Source: a virus (lineage: Duplodnaviria; Caudoviricetes). From it: a stretch of 64,000 nt of DNA. Position numbers and translations under genes: made by a program. The notes below the pieces were generated by a model. That model was not told the origin of the DNA and searched no databases. It saw nothing but the letters and a program-made list of their open reading frames with translations. The stretch's first letter is position 1. The number at the start of each line of letters is the position of its first letter. Where the stretch lies: the IMG/VR virus record IMGVR_UViG_3300010163_000005, positions 1 to 64,000 of that record; one strand, written 5' to 3'. This document shows, piece after piece, positions 48,962 through 58,932 of this stretch.

Positions 48962-48977
48962 CAACTTGTTATGATTT

Positions 48978-49793
48978 TTATATATTTGGATATAAAGTTT
49001 GTCTTTGTATCGTATATACAGGATCATTAGTTTCTACTTCATACATTTTTATTTCTTGATGGAAATTATATCCTGCTGCTATGTTAATATTAGTTGAATA
49101 TACTCTAAACATAATACCTTGTGGGTTTATTAATAAATCCCTATCTCTTATCATTACATCACAAATAGTCCAAGCTCCTAATTCATTTTTAATTTTCAAC
49201 CCTTGTGATGTTCTTTCTAAATTACTATCAGACGGTTTTTGTCTTATATATATTTGAAATATGGGATCATATCCACCTACAAATCCAGTACCATAACATA
49301 TTGTACAATTAGCATTGGCAGCAGAACCTCTTTCGCTATCAAAACAACTACATTTTTCACCTTCTAATTTTCTCTTATATAAATCAAATAATTCACCTGT
49401 ATTTTTTAATATCCACATATTCCTTTCATTTATTTTATGAAACCATTTATTTGTATTATCAACTCTATATATATAAGCATTACTTAATTCACTTTCAACC
49501 CAAGTATTACCATTGTAATATAATGTTGATATTTTATACCAATATGTTGTATTTAAGTTGTTATGTAATGTTTTATCCTCATATCTATTTGTTAATATTA
49601 TATTGTTATTTATTTTGTAAAATATTCCATTAGATATTGTACTTCTATATATGTTGTATCCTATTTTATAATTATTGTATTGAACACTATCCCAAGTAAT
49701 ACTTGCATCATTTTTTAAATTAGTAAATCTTATTTTTACATTTTTCGGTGGTAACAATTTAAATCTATTAATTTGTATATCCATTTTATTCAC
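48978..49793 (-). CDS. neck/head-closure protein with FN3-like N-terminus and Zn finger
   Basis: ITWD...GYNIYRS...YWYKI (FN3); CSCFD...CTICYGTGFVGGY. Confidence 0.55.
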   Translation of the reverse strand: MNKMDIQINRFKLLPPKNVKIRFTNLKNDASITWDSVQYNNYKIGYNIYRSTISNGIFYKINNNIILTNRYEDKTLHNNLNTTYWYKISTLYYNGNTWVESELSNAYIYRVDNTNKWFHKINERNMWILKNTGELFDLYKRKLEGEKCSCFDSERGSAANANCTICYGTGFVGGYDPIFQIYIRQKPSDSNLERTSQGLKIKNELGAWTICDVMIRDRDLLINPQGIMFRVYSTNINIAAGYNFHQEIKMYEVETNDPVYTIQRQTLYPNI

Positions 49794-50595
49794 CGTCCGT
49801 TATTAGTGTAATTGAATCATTCATTATATAATTATTTATTAATTTAGTTACAAAATCTTCATTTTCATTAAATTCAAATCCATTAATTATTTTTACATCT
49901 GTATGGCGATTTCTTAATCGTATATCATATACACCATTATCTAACATAAACATAGTATGTTTTTTAATTTTTTTATACACTATCACTTTATTATCTTTTG
50001 TAATAATTAAATCTCCATTAGTATATTTTTTTTGTTCATCTAATAAATTTAATTTTATTAATTTACTATTTGTTTTATTCATTTTATATGTTGATTTACC
50101 TATTTGTTTGTTTATTAAATCTTCGATAATCCAATAATATTCTCCTTGTATACCGTCATTTATCTGCATATTAGGCTGTATGTCTTTGTATATTCCACAA
50201 TCAATTTTTATATCATATATCCCATTTTCTATAAAAGCAACATACATACCATTTTCATCTGTTTTACATTTATCTACTATAATTGAATTATTAAATTTTT
50301 CAAATGTATTATTAGTATTAAAATTTTTTATTCCATTAACACCGTCATTAACTTGTTCCATATTTTTACTTTTAATATTCTTCATAAAATATATTGTAGC
50401 ATTAGGAATAGGATTATTGTTTTCTTTTAAAAAACCCTTACATACTTTAAATTCATTATTAAAATCATATGAATTTACTTGTTGTACATTAAAATATTTA
50501 TATTGTACTTTATTATCTTTAACAATATCAATCATACAAGGAATTTTCTTTTTTATATGTTCATGTGTTATATCAAAACAACAATTTATTCTCAT
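49786..50595 (-). CDS. beta-sandwich (prealbumin/carboxypeptidase-regulatory-like) structural protein
   Basis: NPIPNATIYF, TDENGMY, GIYDIKI and GVYDIRL. Confidence 0.45.
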   Translation of the reverse strand: MRINCCFDITHEHIKKKIPCMIDIVKDNKVQYKYFNVQQVNSYDFNNEFKVCKGFLKENNNPIPNATIYFMKNIKSKNMEQVNDGVNGIKNFNTNNTFEKFNNSIIVDKCKTDENGMYVAFIENGIYDIKIDCGIYKDIQPNMQINDGIQGEYYWIIEDLINKQIGKSTYKMNKTNSKLIKLNLLDEQKKYTNGDLIITKDNKVIVYKKIKKHTMFMLDNGVYDIRLRNRHTDVKIINGFEFNENEDFVTKLINNYIMNDSITLITDGE

Positions 50596-50717
50596 TTTTA
50601 TCTACTCCTTTTTAAAGTAAAATTTAATAATTTCTTATAATTTTAATATAAATTATATAATTTTTTAAAACGTATTTTTATAAATAAAAAAAGGTAGATT
50701 TATTCTACCTTTAAATT

Positions 50718-50903
50718 TTATAAATAAGTTATATTATGTTTTCTTTTAAATTTCCACAATTCATATCTACATCCTATTTTTGTTTCACATAACGGAGTAA
50801 CTCATTGCTATTTTATACACTCAAAAAGTCCATAAAATATAGATCAAACACCATAAACCTCTCCTATGTACCAATTATTTTTATATACTATTCTACATTT
50901 CAC
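50718..50903 (-). pseudogene. decayed small gene
   Basis: GTG start behind AAGGAG; in-frame TGA at codon 20 and a later frame change. Confidence 0.3.
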
Positions 50904-50907
50904 ATTA

Positions 50908-51090
50908 TCACTCCTTATTTTTATATGCACTACAAAACCATTTATTGTTTATAAATGTTAGACTTTTATTTTTATCATTACAGCGACAAAAAACATTATT
51001 TTTACCACTTTGAAAAAATATTGTGTTATTTGTTTTAATATAACGTGGTTCATTTGAAATATCTGCATATTTACAGCCTTGACAACTCAT
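50908..51090 (-). CDS. small Cys-rich protein
   Basis: CQGC...CRC...C; RBS AAAGGA. Confidence 0.6.
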   Translation of the reverse strand: MSCQGCKYADISNEPRYIKTNNTIFFQSGKNNVFCRCNDKNKSLTFINNKWFCSAYKNKE

Positions 51091-51193
51091 AATATCATTC
51101 CTTTCTTATAAGGTTTTATCTTTTTAAATATAATGTGTTTTTATAATTGTATTATATAATATAATTGTCATATTGTTAATGTTTTTATAAAAA

Positions 51194-51221
51194 AATAGGA
51201 TATATAATTATATATCCTATT
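51194..51221. terminator. perfect 28-bp palindrome after the head-tail adaptor gene
   Basis: AATAGGATATATAA|TTATATATCCTATT. Confidence 0.6.
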
Positions 51222-51233
51222 ATATTATTTATA

Positions 51234-51782
51234 TTATCTATAAACCCACTGACGAGGAGCATAACTTCTAACTCTAACAGGAGCAGGATTAGAATGTACT
51301 CCTGCCGCATTAGGTCTACACGCTTTTTTAAGTGTTTGTTTTTGAGCGGTATAAGCACTTAATAATGTAGAAGCCACACCTTGATATTTAGAGGCAATAT
51401 CAATAGATAATGAAAGTCCATTATCAGAATATGAAAAAGTTTCACCAGATTGTTTTACTGATTCAGAAATAAGAGCAAATATTAACGCTCCTGTTATCAT
51501 ACAACCTTCCCAATTACGAGGGAAACTTTCAATGCTATATTGTGTATATGGCGGTTCACTGTTAATATCTGCAACTCCTTGTTGAATATATACAAGTAAT
51601 TGTTGATCTGACCACCTTTCTCCTCTATCTTGTTCTACTAAATGATTTAATGTCAACATATTATCATCAGGATAATCTTTTAACATTGTTCTTAATGTAT
51701 GTATATAATATCTTTCTCTATCTGTATAAATATGTTCTGAAAAATCATCATTGGATTCAAGAATGAAAGCCATACTAATCAC
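51234..51782 (-). CDS. putative head-tail adaptor (neck) protein
   Basis: LRTMLKD...WSDQQL...INSEPP...FSYSDNGLSLSID pattern seen in large-myovirus neck proteins. Confidence 0.5.
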   Translation of the reverse strand: MISMAFILESNDDFSEHIYTDRERYYIHTLRTMLKDYPDDNMLTLNHLVEQDRGERWSDQQLLVYIQQGVADINSEPPYTQYSIESFPRNWEGCMITGALIFALISESVKQSGETFSYSDNGLSLSIDIASKYQGVASTLLSAYTAQKQTLKKACRPNAAGVHSNPAPVRVRSYAPRQWVYR

Positions 51783-52087
51783 TCCTTTTATGTTTAATTT
51801 TTTATATCTTTACATTTTATAAATAAAAAAACTTTCCTATAAAATATTTTATAAGAAAGTATGATACAATTAATTTTTTTTATTTTCATATATTAAAACA
51901 TCTATCCTTTAAATTAGTATTATATATCTATTTTTAAATAAATTAATAAAACTTTATTTTAAGGGATATTTTATTTTTTCATTATCATATACTTTTTTAA
52001 ATTTCTTATTATATTGTGATAATTGTAAACATATACTTGTAGCAAATTTATATTTTTCTTAACAATTTTCAAAAACAAGCGTAGTAT

Positions 52088-52462
52088 CTATTTTTTTAAC
52101 TTTATATTGTTTAAACATTTATATATTTCTCTTAATTCATATATAGAAAAATCTTTGTGTTGTAATTTATATATAAAATAATCTGGTATAGGAGTTCCAT
52201 TAAACGCAATTAATGGTTTTGAATATTCTATATTCATATATTTATTCAAATAATATTGATAATTTATATTAATATTATATCTTAAAGCACAATAAAATAA
52301 TATATCTTTAACTAAAGATATATTATTACATTTCTCAATATTATATATTTCTACTCCATTATATTTATATAATAAATCTATTATATTTTGTTTATTAATA
52401 TTCCCTTTCAATAAATAATATAAACTATTAATGCTTAAATTGATATTATTATAATAAAACAT
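52088..52462 (-). CDS. hypothetical protein, paralog family B (true start may be 52500 via a -1 shift)
   Basis: LSI...KQNIIDLLYKYNGVEIYN; the RBS-bearing ATG 52500 is one base out of frame across TTTTTAAAAAAA. Confidence 0.55.
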   Translation of the reverse strand: MFYYNNINLSINSLYYLLKGNINKQNIIDLLYKYNGVEIYNIEKCNNISLVKDILFYCALRYNININYQYYLNKYMNIEYSKPLIAFNGTPIPDYFIYKLQHKDFSIYELREIYKCLNNIKLKK

Positions 52463-53045
52463 TTTTTTAAAAATTTATTTATTGAATATTTAAAATACAT
52501 TAAACGCTCCTTTTATATTAAGAAAACAATAATACCAACATTTTATATAACCAAAATATTTTTTGATATCTTATCCTATATGTAATAAATCAAATTTTCT
52601 TACCCACACTACATTTTCTATCTATTGAATTTTCATAAGAAGTTTCAGACCTACTAATAAAAATAGTATCTTTTTTAAAAAGCGGTTTATTTTCTTTTAA
52701 AGATGTAGAAACATATTCTTTATTTTTTTCATAAAATGAACATAAATAATAATAATTCATATTTTATTTCTCCTTTTATATTATTTTATTTTTTATAACA
52801 TATACATATATCTCAATCTACTAAAACATTTCCTATACTATCAATATCTTATACAATACTTTTTATACTTGTTAGCGATGCTTGCATATTGTTTATTTAT
52901 ACAATTTTAACTTTAATATTAATTGAACGTTAGGTTCTTTTTTTGTTTATAGTACAAAATAAAAACGTTAAAATTATTAAATTTTTTGAGAAATATAAAA
53001 TTATTTGACTTAAATATCCTCATTAAGTAACTCATAATAATCTTT

Positions 53046-53612
53046 TTAAAGTACATTTTTATAAAGTCCTTTACAAAATTTTTTTAACTTTATATTACCA
53101 TTATTTATAATTGTATTACATAATTTTATGCAAAATGTATCTTTTGATAGATTATTTTTAAAATATAATGTATGATTATATTTTTTTATTTTATATATAT
53201 TTAACTTACTAAATAATTGCCTTATATCTTCAAAAATTAATTTATCTGTTGTACAAACAAAGTCACGTATTGCCATATCATTAAATATAATCATAAGCAT
53301 ATTTTTAGTCACTACTTTTCGGACTTTATCCATCTGCTGACAATTAATACATTCTATATCAATATTATATTTAAGTTTATAAAAAAATAAGAAATCATAC
53401 ATTTCTTTAAAAATAGATTTTTCATCATACATAACATTATAAATTTCAACTCCGTCACATTCATTTAATAAATCTATTATATATTGTTTACTAATAAATT
53501 TTTTAAATTGTGCATATATTTCTCTTATACTTAAATAAATTATATTGTGTTCAGATATTAATTTATATATAAAATCAAAATAATTATCTGTTGAATTAAA
53601 CAACCATATCAC
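53046..53612 (-). CDS. hypothetical protein, paralog family B
   Basis: LSIREI...KQYIIDLLNECDGVEIYNV...LKYNIDI. Confidence 0.65.
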   Translation of the reverse strand: MIWLFNSTDNYFDFIYKLISEHNIIYLSIREIYAQFKKFISKQYIIDLLNECDGVEIYNVMYDEKSIFKEMYDFLFFYKLKYNIDIECINCQQMDKVRKVVTKNMLMIIFNDMAIRDFVCTTDKLIFEDIRQLFSKLNIYKIKKYNHTLYFKNNLSKDTFCIKLCNTIINNGNIKLKKFCKGLYKNVL

Positions 53613-53625
53613 TCCTTCGTCTTAG

Positions 53626-54090
53626 TTAGTTTTTATACATTAATTCTTCTATAAAGTTTAATTTATTTTTTTCATTAGCAAATAATATTACACCATATTT
53701 TTGTTTACATTTTAATTGTTTATATATTGATTTTATAAATTCAAAATCAACATTATGTTGGATAATAAATCCTGTTATCCAATAATCATTAATAAGTATT
53801 ACTTTATAAAAAGTATTATACTTAACATAATCAATATTAACATTATACTTTAAAATTAAAGGGAGTAAAACTTTCTTTATTTCTTGGAATGTTTTCTTTT
53901 TTACAAAAAAAATATTTTTTATTTCAATTCCATCATATTTCAACAACAAATAATTAATATGTTTTTTATTATAACCAAACTTAATTAAATCATTAATACT
54001 AAGTGAATGTTGTTTAAAAGTATTTGTATTCTGTGGTTCTATAAATTCGGAATTTATTAAATATACCATTTTAATTTCACCCACAATCAT
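53626..54090 (-). CDS. hypothetical protein, paralog family B
   Basis: LSINDL...KKHINYLLLKYDGIEIKNI...LKYNVNI. Confidence 0.65.
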   Translation of the reverse strand: MIVGEIKMVYLINSEFIEPQNTNTFKQHSLSINDLIKFGYNKKHINYLLLKYDGIEIKNIFFVKKKTFQEIKKVLLPLILKYNVNIDYVKYNTFYKVILINDYWITGFIIQHNVDFEFIKSIYKQLKCKQKYGVILFANEKNKLNFIEELMYKN

Positions 54091-54728
54091 TTATTTTGTT
54101 GTATTATTTTATTACATTTATTTACATAATCATTACTATCCTTATAGTTTTTTAATAAAATAAAATCTAACAATGCACTTTTGTAGTCTGCATCATTAAA
54201 ACGCTTACAAGCATCATTATATAAATATTCTTGTGAACTTGTAATTAAAAATAAATTACATCTCACTTCATAAATTTTACTGTCTAAATAATTATCTAAA
54301 TTACTAAATATATTCCTTGCAGTATTATATTGTTTTATTTTATATAATTCTAAAGCATAATTATATTTAGCTTTTATTATATAATCATTACTATCTTTAA
54401 AACCTCTTATTTTTTCAAATTCATTTATACTTGTAACATAATTTTTTGTTTTAAAAAGATTTATACCATTATAGTATATTTTTTCTTGTTCAATTTTTAT
54501 TATTTGTTCTTTGGCATCTCTAAATTCATTTATAGATTGTAATGTTTCTATTGCTTTATTATATTCTTTATTTTGTACACATTCCATAGCGTAATCATAT
54601 TTTTCTCTATTATTATTTCTTTCATAAAAAACCAATATAACAATTACACAACACCAAAAAAGCATAATTGCTAATATAAAAAATAATATTTTAGGATACA
54701 CAATATCCCTCCTCTTTTTAAATTTCAT
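54087..54728 (-). CDS. membrane-anchored TPR-like repeat protein ('YKDS' repeats)
   Basis: N-terminal TM helix; four repeats ending FRDA/FKDS/YLDS/YKDS; TTGACA-17-TATATT upstream; probable GTG start after GAGGAGG. Confidence 0.7.
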   Translation of the reverse strand: MKFKKRRDIVYPKILFFILAIMLFWCCVIVILVFYERNNNREKYDYAMECVQNKEYNKAIETLQSINEFRDAKEQIIKIEQEKIYYNGINLFKTKNYVTSINEFEKIRGFKDSNDYIIKAKYNYALELYKIKQYNTARNIFSNLDNYLDSKIYEVRCNLFLITSSQEYLYNDACKRFNDADYKSALLDFILLKNYKDSNDYVNKCNKIIQQNK

Positions 54729-54793
54729 AATTATAATATAATATAAAATTTATTGTTTGTCAATACATTTTGTACAATAAAAAAGCAATATTA

Positions 54794-55234
54794 TCAAATA
54801 TTGCTTTTTATAATATAATTTATAATTATATATAATAATTCTTCGGTATTTATCGCTTTATCTACTAATTTTAAAATATCCTCATTATTACATATGTTTG
54901 TTACATAAGATTTTAAAAAATTAAAATTAAATAAATCATTATTTACATTTAGTTCCTTATCTACTATAATTGGAGTATAATTATCTTCTATATTGTTATT
55001 TGTTGTTTTATTATTTAATACATTATTATCTATTAATGTTTTTGCCATATTACTTGGTTTCATTGTTTTTTTTTCTAAAGAATTTTTTTTTGATTTATTA
55101 TAAGATGTTAATAACGTCTGATTAAAACTTGTTTTATTAACTTTTTCTACTCGTCTATTAACTTTATTAGCCTCATTATGATGCATAGAATGCCCATTTA
55201 CGTTAATTTGATTAATTGGTGTATTATTTATCAT
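54794..55234 (-). CDS. hypothetical protein
   Basis: 146-aa ORF, RBS GAGGTG. Confidence 0.6.
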   Translation of the reverse strand: MINNTPINQINVNGHSMHHNEANKVNRRVEKVNKTSFNQTLLTSYNKSKKNSLEKKTMKPSNMAKTLIDNNVLNNKTTNNNIEDNYTPIIVDKELNVNNDLFNFNFLKSYVTNICNNEDILKLVDKAINTEELLYIIINYIIKSNI

Positions 55235-55300
55235 AAATTACAATCATCACCTCTAATGCCCCTTAAAACAAGTTTTAGAGCCATATTATAAATGTATACT

Positions 55301-55981
55301 TTAAATTATTTTTTTAATATTAAAAACACACTCCACATTATTTTTTTCTACATTTGAAGATATTTGTAACTTAATGTTATTTGTTTGAATAGTTTGTAAA
55401 TATATATTAAAATTATTATCACCAGAACAATGTAACAAAATTTCATTTTCATTATTTAATGATGTAGCAATTATATTCCAAGACATAAAACCTGTATACA
55501 TAACATTATCAATTAATATTTGAATAACATATGAACCATTTTCTAATTCTAATTCTATATCCTGCCATTCATTTGATAAAGACATTACTTTATTAAAACT
55601 TATTATAGTGTCATTAATGCCTTTCCAAGTTCCATCCCCACTTAAATATTTATCTTTATCTTCAATAGTTGGAGAGGGTACTAATCCCCTAATTCCATTT
55701 TTTGTGGTTGTTGCTCCTTGAAACACATTAACAATAGGCTTTAATTCATTATCATAAAAATATAAATTGCAATCATTTTTAGAAAAATAAAATTTATTAT
55801 TTATGTATTGTGATAAATTTATATTGTCTAAAACTTTAATATCATTTAAACTTATTCTTTTATCTTCAATATCTAAATACATCTTACCGTCATATTCATT
55901 GATTAATATAGTGCCACAATCATTTGTTACATCATTAATTTTATTATTTTTCACACGTTTAAATTTAACTTCTTGTGACAT
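55301..55981 (-). CDS. minor tail/fibre-like structural protein
   Basis: FQGATTTKNGIRGLVPSP...YLSGDGTWK fibre motif. Confidence 0.55.
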   Translation of the reverse strand: MSQEVKFKRVKNNKINDVTNDCGTILINEYDGKMYLDIEDKRISLNDIKVLDNINLSQYINNKFYFSKNDCNLYFYDNELKPIVNVFQGATTTKNGIRGLVPSPTIEDKDKYLSGDGTWKGINDTIISFNKVMSLSNEWQDIELELENGSYVIQILIDNVMYTGFMSWNIIATSLNNENEILLHCSGDNNFNIYLQTIQTNNIKLQISSNVEKNNVECVFNIKKII

Positions 55982-55994
55982 ATATTATCACCTC

Positions 55995-56852
55995 TTATTC
56001 AATAACTTCCCATACAATTTTTGTGTTTTCTATTGCCTTATTAACTGTTGCTTCTGTAGGAATAACTGTTGTGCTATTTCCTAATGTATCAGTAGAATTT
56101 ATAGAAATATTTGATGCTTCAATAGAACTGTCACCAGAAACAACAACTAAATTACCTATTTTATCTACACCATTAATTTTAAAATCAATTTTAACTAATG
56201 ATTGTCCATTTACATTTCTTGTTATGTCTACAAAAACATTGTCACTATCACCTTTTTCAAAATTAAATTCTTCAAATACATCAGAAGCAGGAATTATAAT
56301 AACTTCGTCCGTATAACCATAATTGTTTGTATTATCCTTGATTGTAGGTGCAGGTTCAATTAATGGATATGATTTCTCTGTGTTTATAGTCAATAAGATA
56401 CATTCAATACTACTATCATATTTACCGGCTGTTACAACTAAATCTTTTGGTAAACTATCAATTTTTGCCTGTAAATCGTCTTTGACTTTCGTTACAGCAT
56501 CTTTAACTGCTTTAGATGTTGGAACTCTATGATTTTCATTTTCAATATTTTCTTCCATTATGTTTGTTACATAAGGAAAGAAAATATTATCCATACTTCC
56601 ATTAATAAATCCAATTATTTGTCCTGTATATTTACCACTTTCATCAACAATAAGATATATAGTATTTGGATTATTTTCTGCTTGTGCTTCTGTTAATGTA
56701 CATGCTTTTACCTCTGATGTATATAATTTATCACCTTTATATAACTTTTGTGTTTCTTTTACAAAATACAGTGTATCAGCCAGTTTTTCACTTAATGTAT
56801 TAAATTTTTCCAAAGTAATGTACACAAAATTTACTAAGTTCCCTTGTGCCAT
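55995..56852 (-). CDS. minor tail/fibre-like structural protein
   Basis: DTLYFVKETQKLYKGD, VPTSKAVKDAV and IPTEATV motifs. Confidence 0.55.
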   Translation of the reverse strand: MAQGNLVNFVYITLEKFNTLSEKLADTLYFVKETQKLYKGDKLYTSEVKACTLTEAQAENNPNTIYLIVDESGKYTGQIIGFINGSMDNIFFPYVTNIMEENIENENHRVPTSKAVKDAVTKVKDDLQAKIDSLPKDLVVTAGKYDSSIECILLTINTEKSYPLIEPAPTIKDNTNNYGYTDEVIIIPASDVFEEFNFEKGDSDNVFVDITRNVNGQSLVKIDFKINGVDKIGNLVVVSGDSSIEASNISINSTDTLGNSTTVIPTEATVNKAIENTKIVWEVIE

Positions 56853-56882
56853 AAATATTTCAACCTCCTTGTTAGAATATTT

Positions 56883-58016
56883 CTATTCTTCTATATTCCA
56901 ATAAAAATTACTAGCTAAATTATTATTAAGCGTTTTATTATTTAAGCAAAGTTCATTATTTTTTAAATCAATTAGTGATACATTCATATTTTTAACAGTA
57001 TTATTAATAGATAGTCTTGTTAATAAAGTAAAGTCATTAGTATATGAATGTATTTTTAAAATTCCATTAACAATAATATTATTAATTTTTATTTCAATAA
57101 AGGATTTTTCATTTGAATATAAAATCCTTATTTGATTTTTTATTAAACTACTTTCACAATCATAAATTTTTTGAAAAAAATTGACTTTATTATTAATAGC
57201 TATTTCAAAGTTTAAATTAAAAGATAATTCATCAGATATAAAATTTAATAAGAATGAACCTATTGCTAATTTACTACCTACGGCAAATCTTATCCATGTA
57301 TTTATAGGTAAATTATTTAATTCTATTATTGTGTCACTTCCTGTGGCCAAATTCATATCCGAAGATGTAATAGAAGTGCTGCCATCAAAATATGCTTTAT
57401 TTATATAAATAGGATATTCTAATCTTTTAGCCGTTTCAGCATTTACATTACTCAACCAATCAGACATTTTATTATTATTAATAGTTGCCATATAAATATA
57501 TTGATTTAATCCTATAAATATAACATTAGCACTATTATTTGAAATTTTCATTAATACAATGTTTCCATTAGGAAATGGAAACGAATCATCATCAATAATT
57601 TCAGCATATAAAATACTTGGATATACCATTTCATTAAAAACAGTGAGTAAATTGGTATCTGAAAACTCGTCAAAATTATAATATATTTTTATAAATTCAT
57701 ATAATGTCTTATATGTTCCGTCATTAGATAAAAATTGTGTTCCGTCTTTATTTATAATTAATTTATTTATTTTTTCTCTTTCACTATCTTTTAATGAATA
57801 TACAATATTACTATCTGATATTAAATAAATAAAATTATTGTTTATATCATTTGGTAATTCTGATAACAATTTTATATTAATAGATAATGAACCGTCTTTT
57901 AAAACAGAAAAATTATTATCTAATTTTAATACTGAAGCGGATAACTTATTTTTTATATGTTTATCTTCTATACTGTTGTTTAATATAATAGATTTAGGTA
58001 AACTATTAATTATCAT
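56883..58016 (-). CDS. minor tail/fibre-like structural protein
   Basis: DGTQFLSNDGTYK and NAETAKRLE..I..FDGS fibre motifs. Confidence 0.5.
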   Translation of the reverse strand: MIINSLPKSIILNNSIEDKHIKNKLSASVLKLDNNFSVLKDGSLSINIKLLSELPNDINNNFIYLISDSNIVYSLKDSEREKINKLIINKDGTQFLSNDGTYKTLYEFIKIYYNFDEFSDTNLLTVFNEMVYPSILYAEIIDDDSFPFPNGNIVLMKISNNSANVIFIGLNQYIYMATINNNKMSDWLSNVNAETAKRLEYPIYINKAYFDGSTSITSSDMNLATGSDTIIELNNLPINTWIRFAVGSKLAIGSFLLNFISDELSFNLNFEIAINNKVNFFQKIYDCESSLIKNQIRILYSNEKSFIEIKINNIIVNGILKIHSYTNDFTLLTRLSINNTVKNMNVSLIDLKNNELCLNNKTLNNNLASNFYWNIEE

Positions 58017-58542
58017 ACCAGTTACCCCCTTTATCTAATATAAATTCATATAAATTATCTATATTGTTTTTTTTAAAAAATAAATTATTAGAATTATCTA
58101 TTACATCATAACTCATTATATTATAACTTGAATAAATAAATTGCATCTTATCCTTTTCTATAACAGACTTAAATGAAACATCTATTTTATTCTTATCCCA
58201 AATATTCTTTTTTAAGATAAAATAATAATCATCAATATGATTAATAATAACTATTTTGTTCTCCATAATTCTTATTGGTTCTTTTAATACTAATATCTTA
58301 TATGTATTATCATAAAAAACAATATTTACAAATGTACAATTTTTTATATTAGGTAAAGTAGGCATTTTTATTTTTAATTCATTTATAGTATCTATTGAAG
58401 TTTTAGACAACCAAAGGTTTAAAATAGGATATACAATATTTTTATCTTTTACAATAGGATTATCATAATCAAGTTGAACATAAATACAATTTTTATTTGT
58501 TATATTATCTTCAATATTATCTACTATTTTTACTTCAAACAT
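58006..58542 (-). CDS. hypothetical protein in the fibre module
   Basis: RBS GGGGGT; translationally coupled. Confidence 0.55.
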   Translation of the reverse strand: MFEVKIVDNIEDNITNKNCIYVQLDYDNPIVKDKNIVYPILNLWLSKTSIDTINELKIKMPTLPNIKNCTFVNIVFYDNTYKILVLKEPIRIMENKIVIINHIDDYYFILKKNIWDKNKIDVSFKSVIEKDKMQFIYSSYNIMSYDVIDNSNNLFFKKNNIDNLYEFILDKGGNWYDN

Positions 58543-58559
58543 AAAATTATACCCCCTTT

Positions 58560-58919
58560 TTAATTTAATAGTAATACTAATTGTAGGTCAATATTAGGTG
58601 TAATATCACAAGATAATATTAATTGTCCATCTGTTTGTTCTTTTATATTAATGTTAGATTTTATTATTTCACTAATACTATTTTGATTATTGTTTAATAA
58701 TTGCCCGTTAGATGTTAATGATATATTATCATCATTTATAACATATTCCTTATTATTCCAATTTTCTTTTAGTATTGTTAAACTAATGTATTTACTCAAT
58801 TCATTAATTAATGGAACACCATTATTATATATTGTACCAATATCTATATCTTTAATGTGTCTTGATGTTATTACTTTATCTTGAATTTGTTCTCCCCTTA
58901 TTTGCATTGTTTCACCCAT
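58560..58919 (-). CDS. small fibre-associated structural protein
   Basis: QIRGEQI and QTDGQLILSCDITPNIDL motifs typical of small tail proteins. Confidence 0.5.
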   Translation of the reverse strand: MGETMQIRGEQIQDKVITSRHIKDIDIGTIYNNGVPLINELSKYISLTILKENWNNKEYVINDDNISLTSNGQLLNNNQNSISEIIKSNINIKEQTDGQLILSCDITPNIDLQLVLLLN

Positions 58920-58932
58920 AATCCATCACCCT

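Noticed and set aside
50718-50903. In-frame TGA at a Trp-like position suggesting stop-codon reassignment
   Set aside because: All long genes are intact in code 11, and TGA/TAG terminate genes at sensible positions; this locus also has a frame change, so it is simply decayed
54728-54763. Leaderless mRNA starting at ATG 54728
   Set aside because: A strong GAGGAGG followed by an in-frame GTG lies just downstream and is the more likely start
55272-55289. GTTTTAGAGCCATATTAT resembles the 5' half of type II-A CRISPR repeats (possible solitary repeat/Racr)
   Set aside because: Single copy, the 3' half does not match, no array or cas genes, and a match this short is plausible by chance in 64 kb of AT-rich DNA
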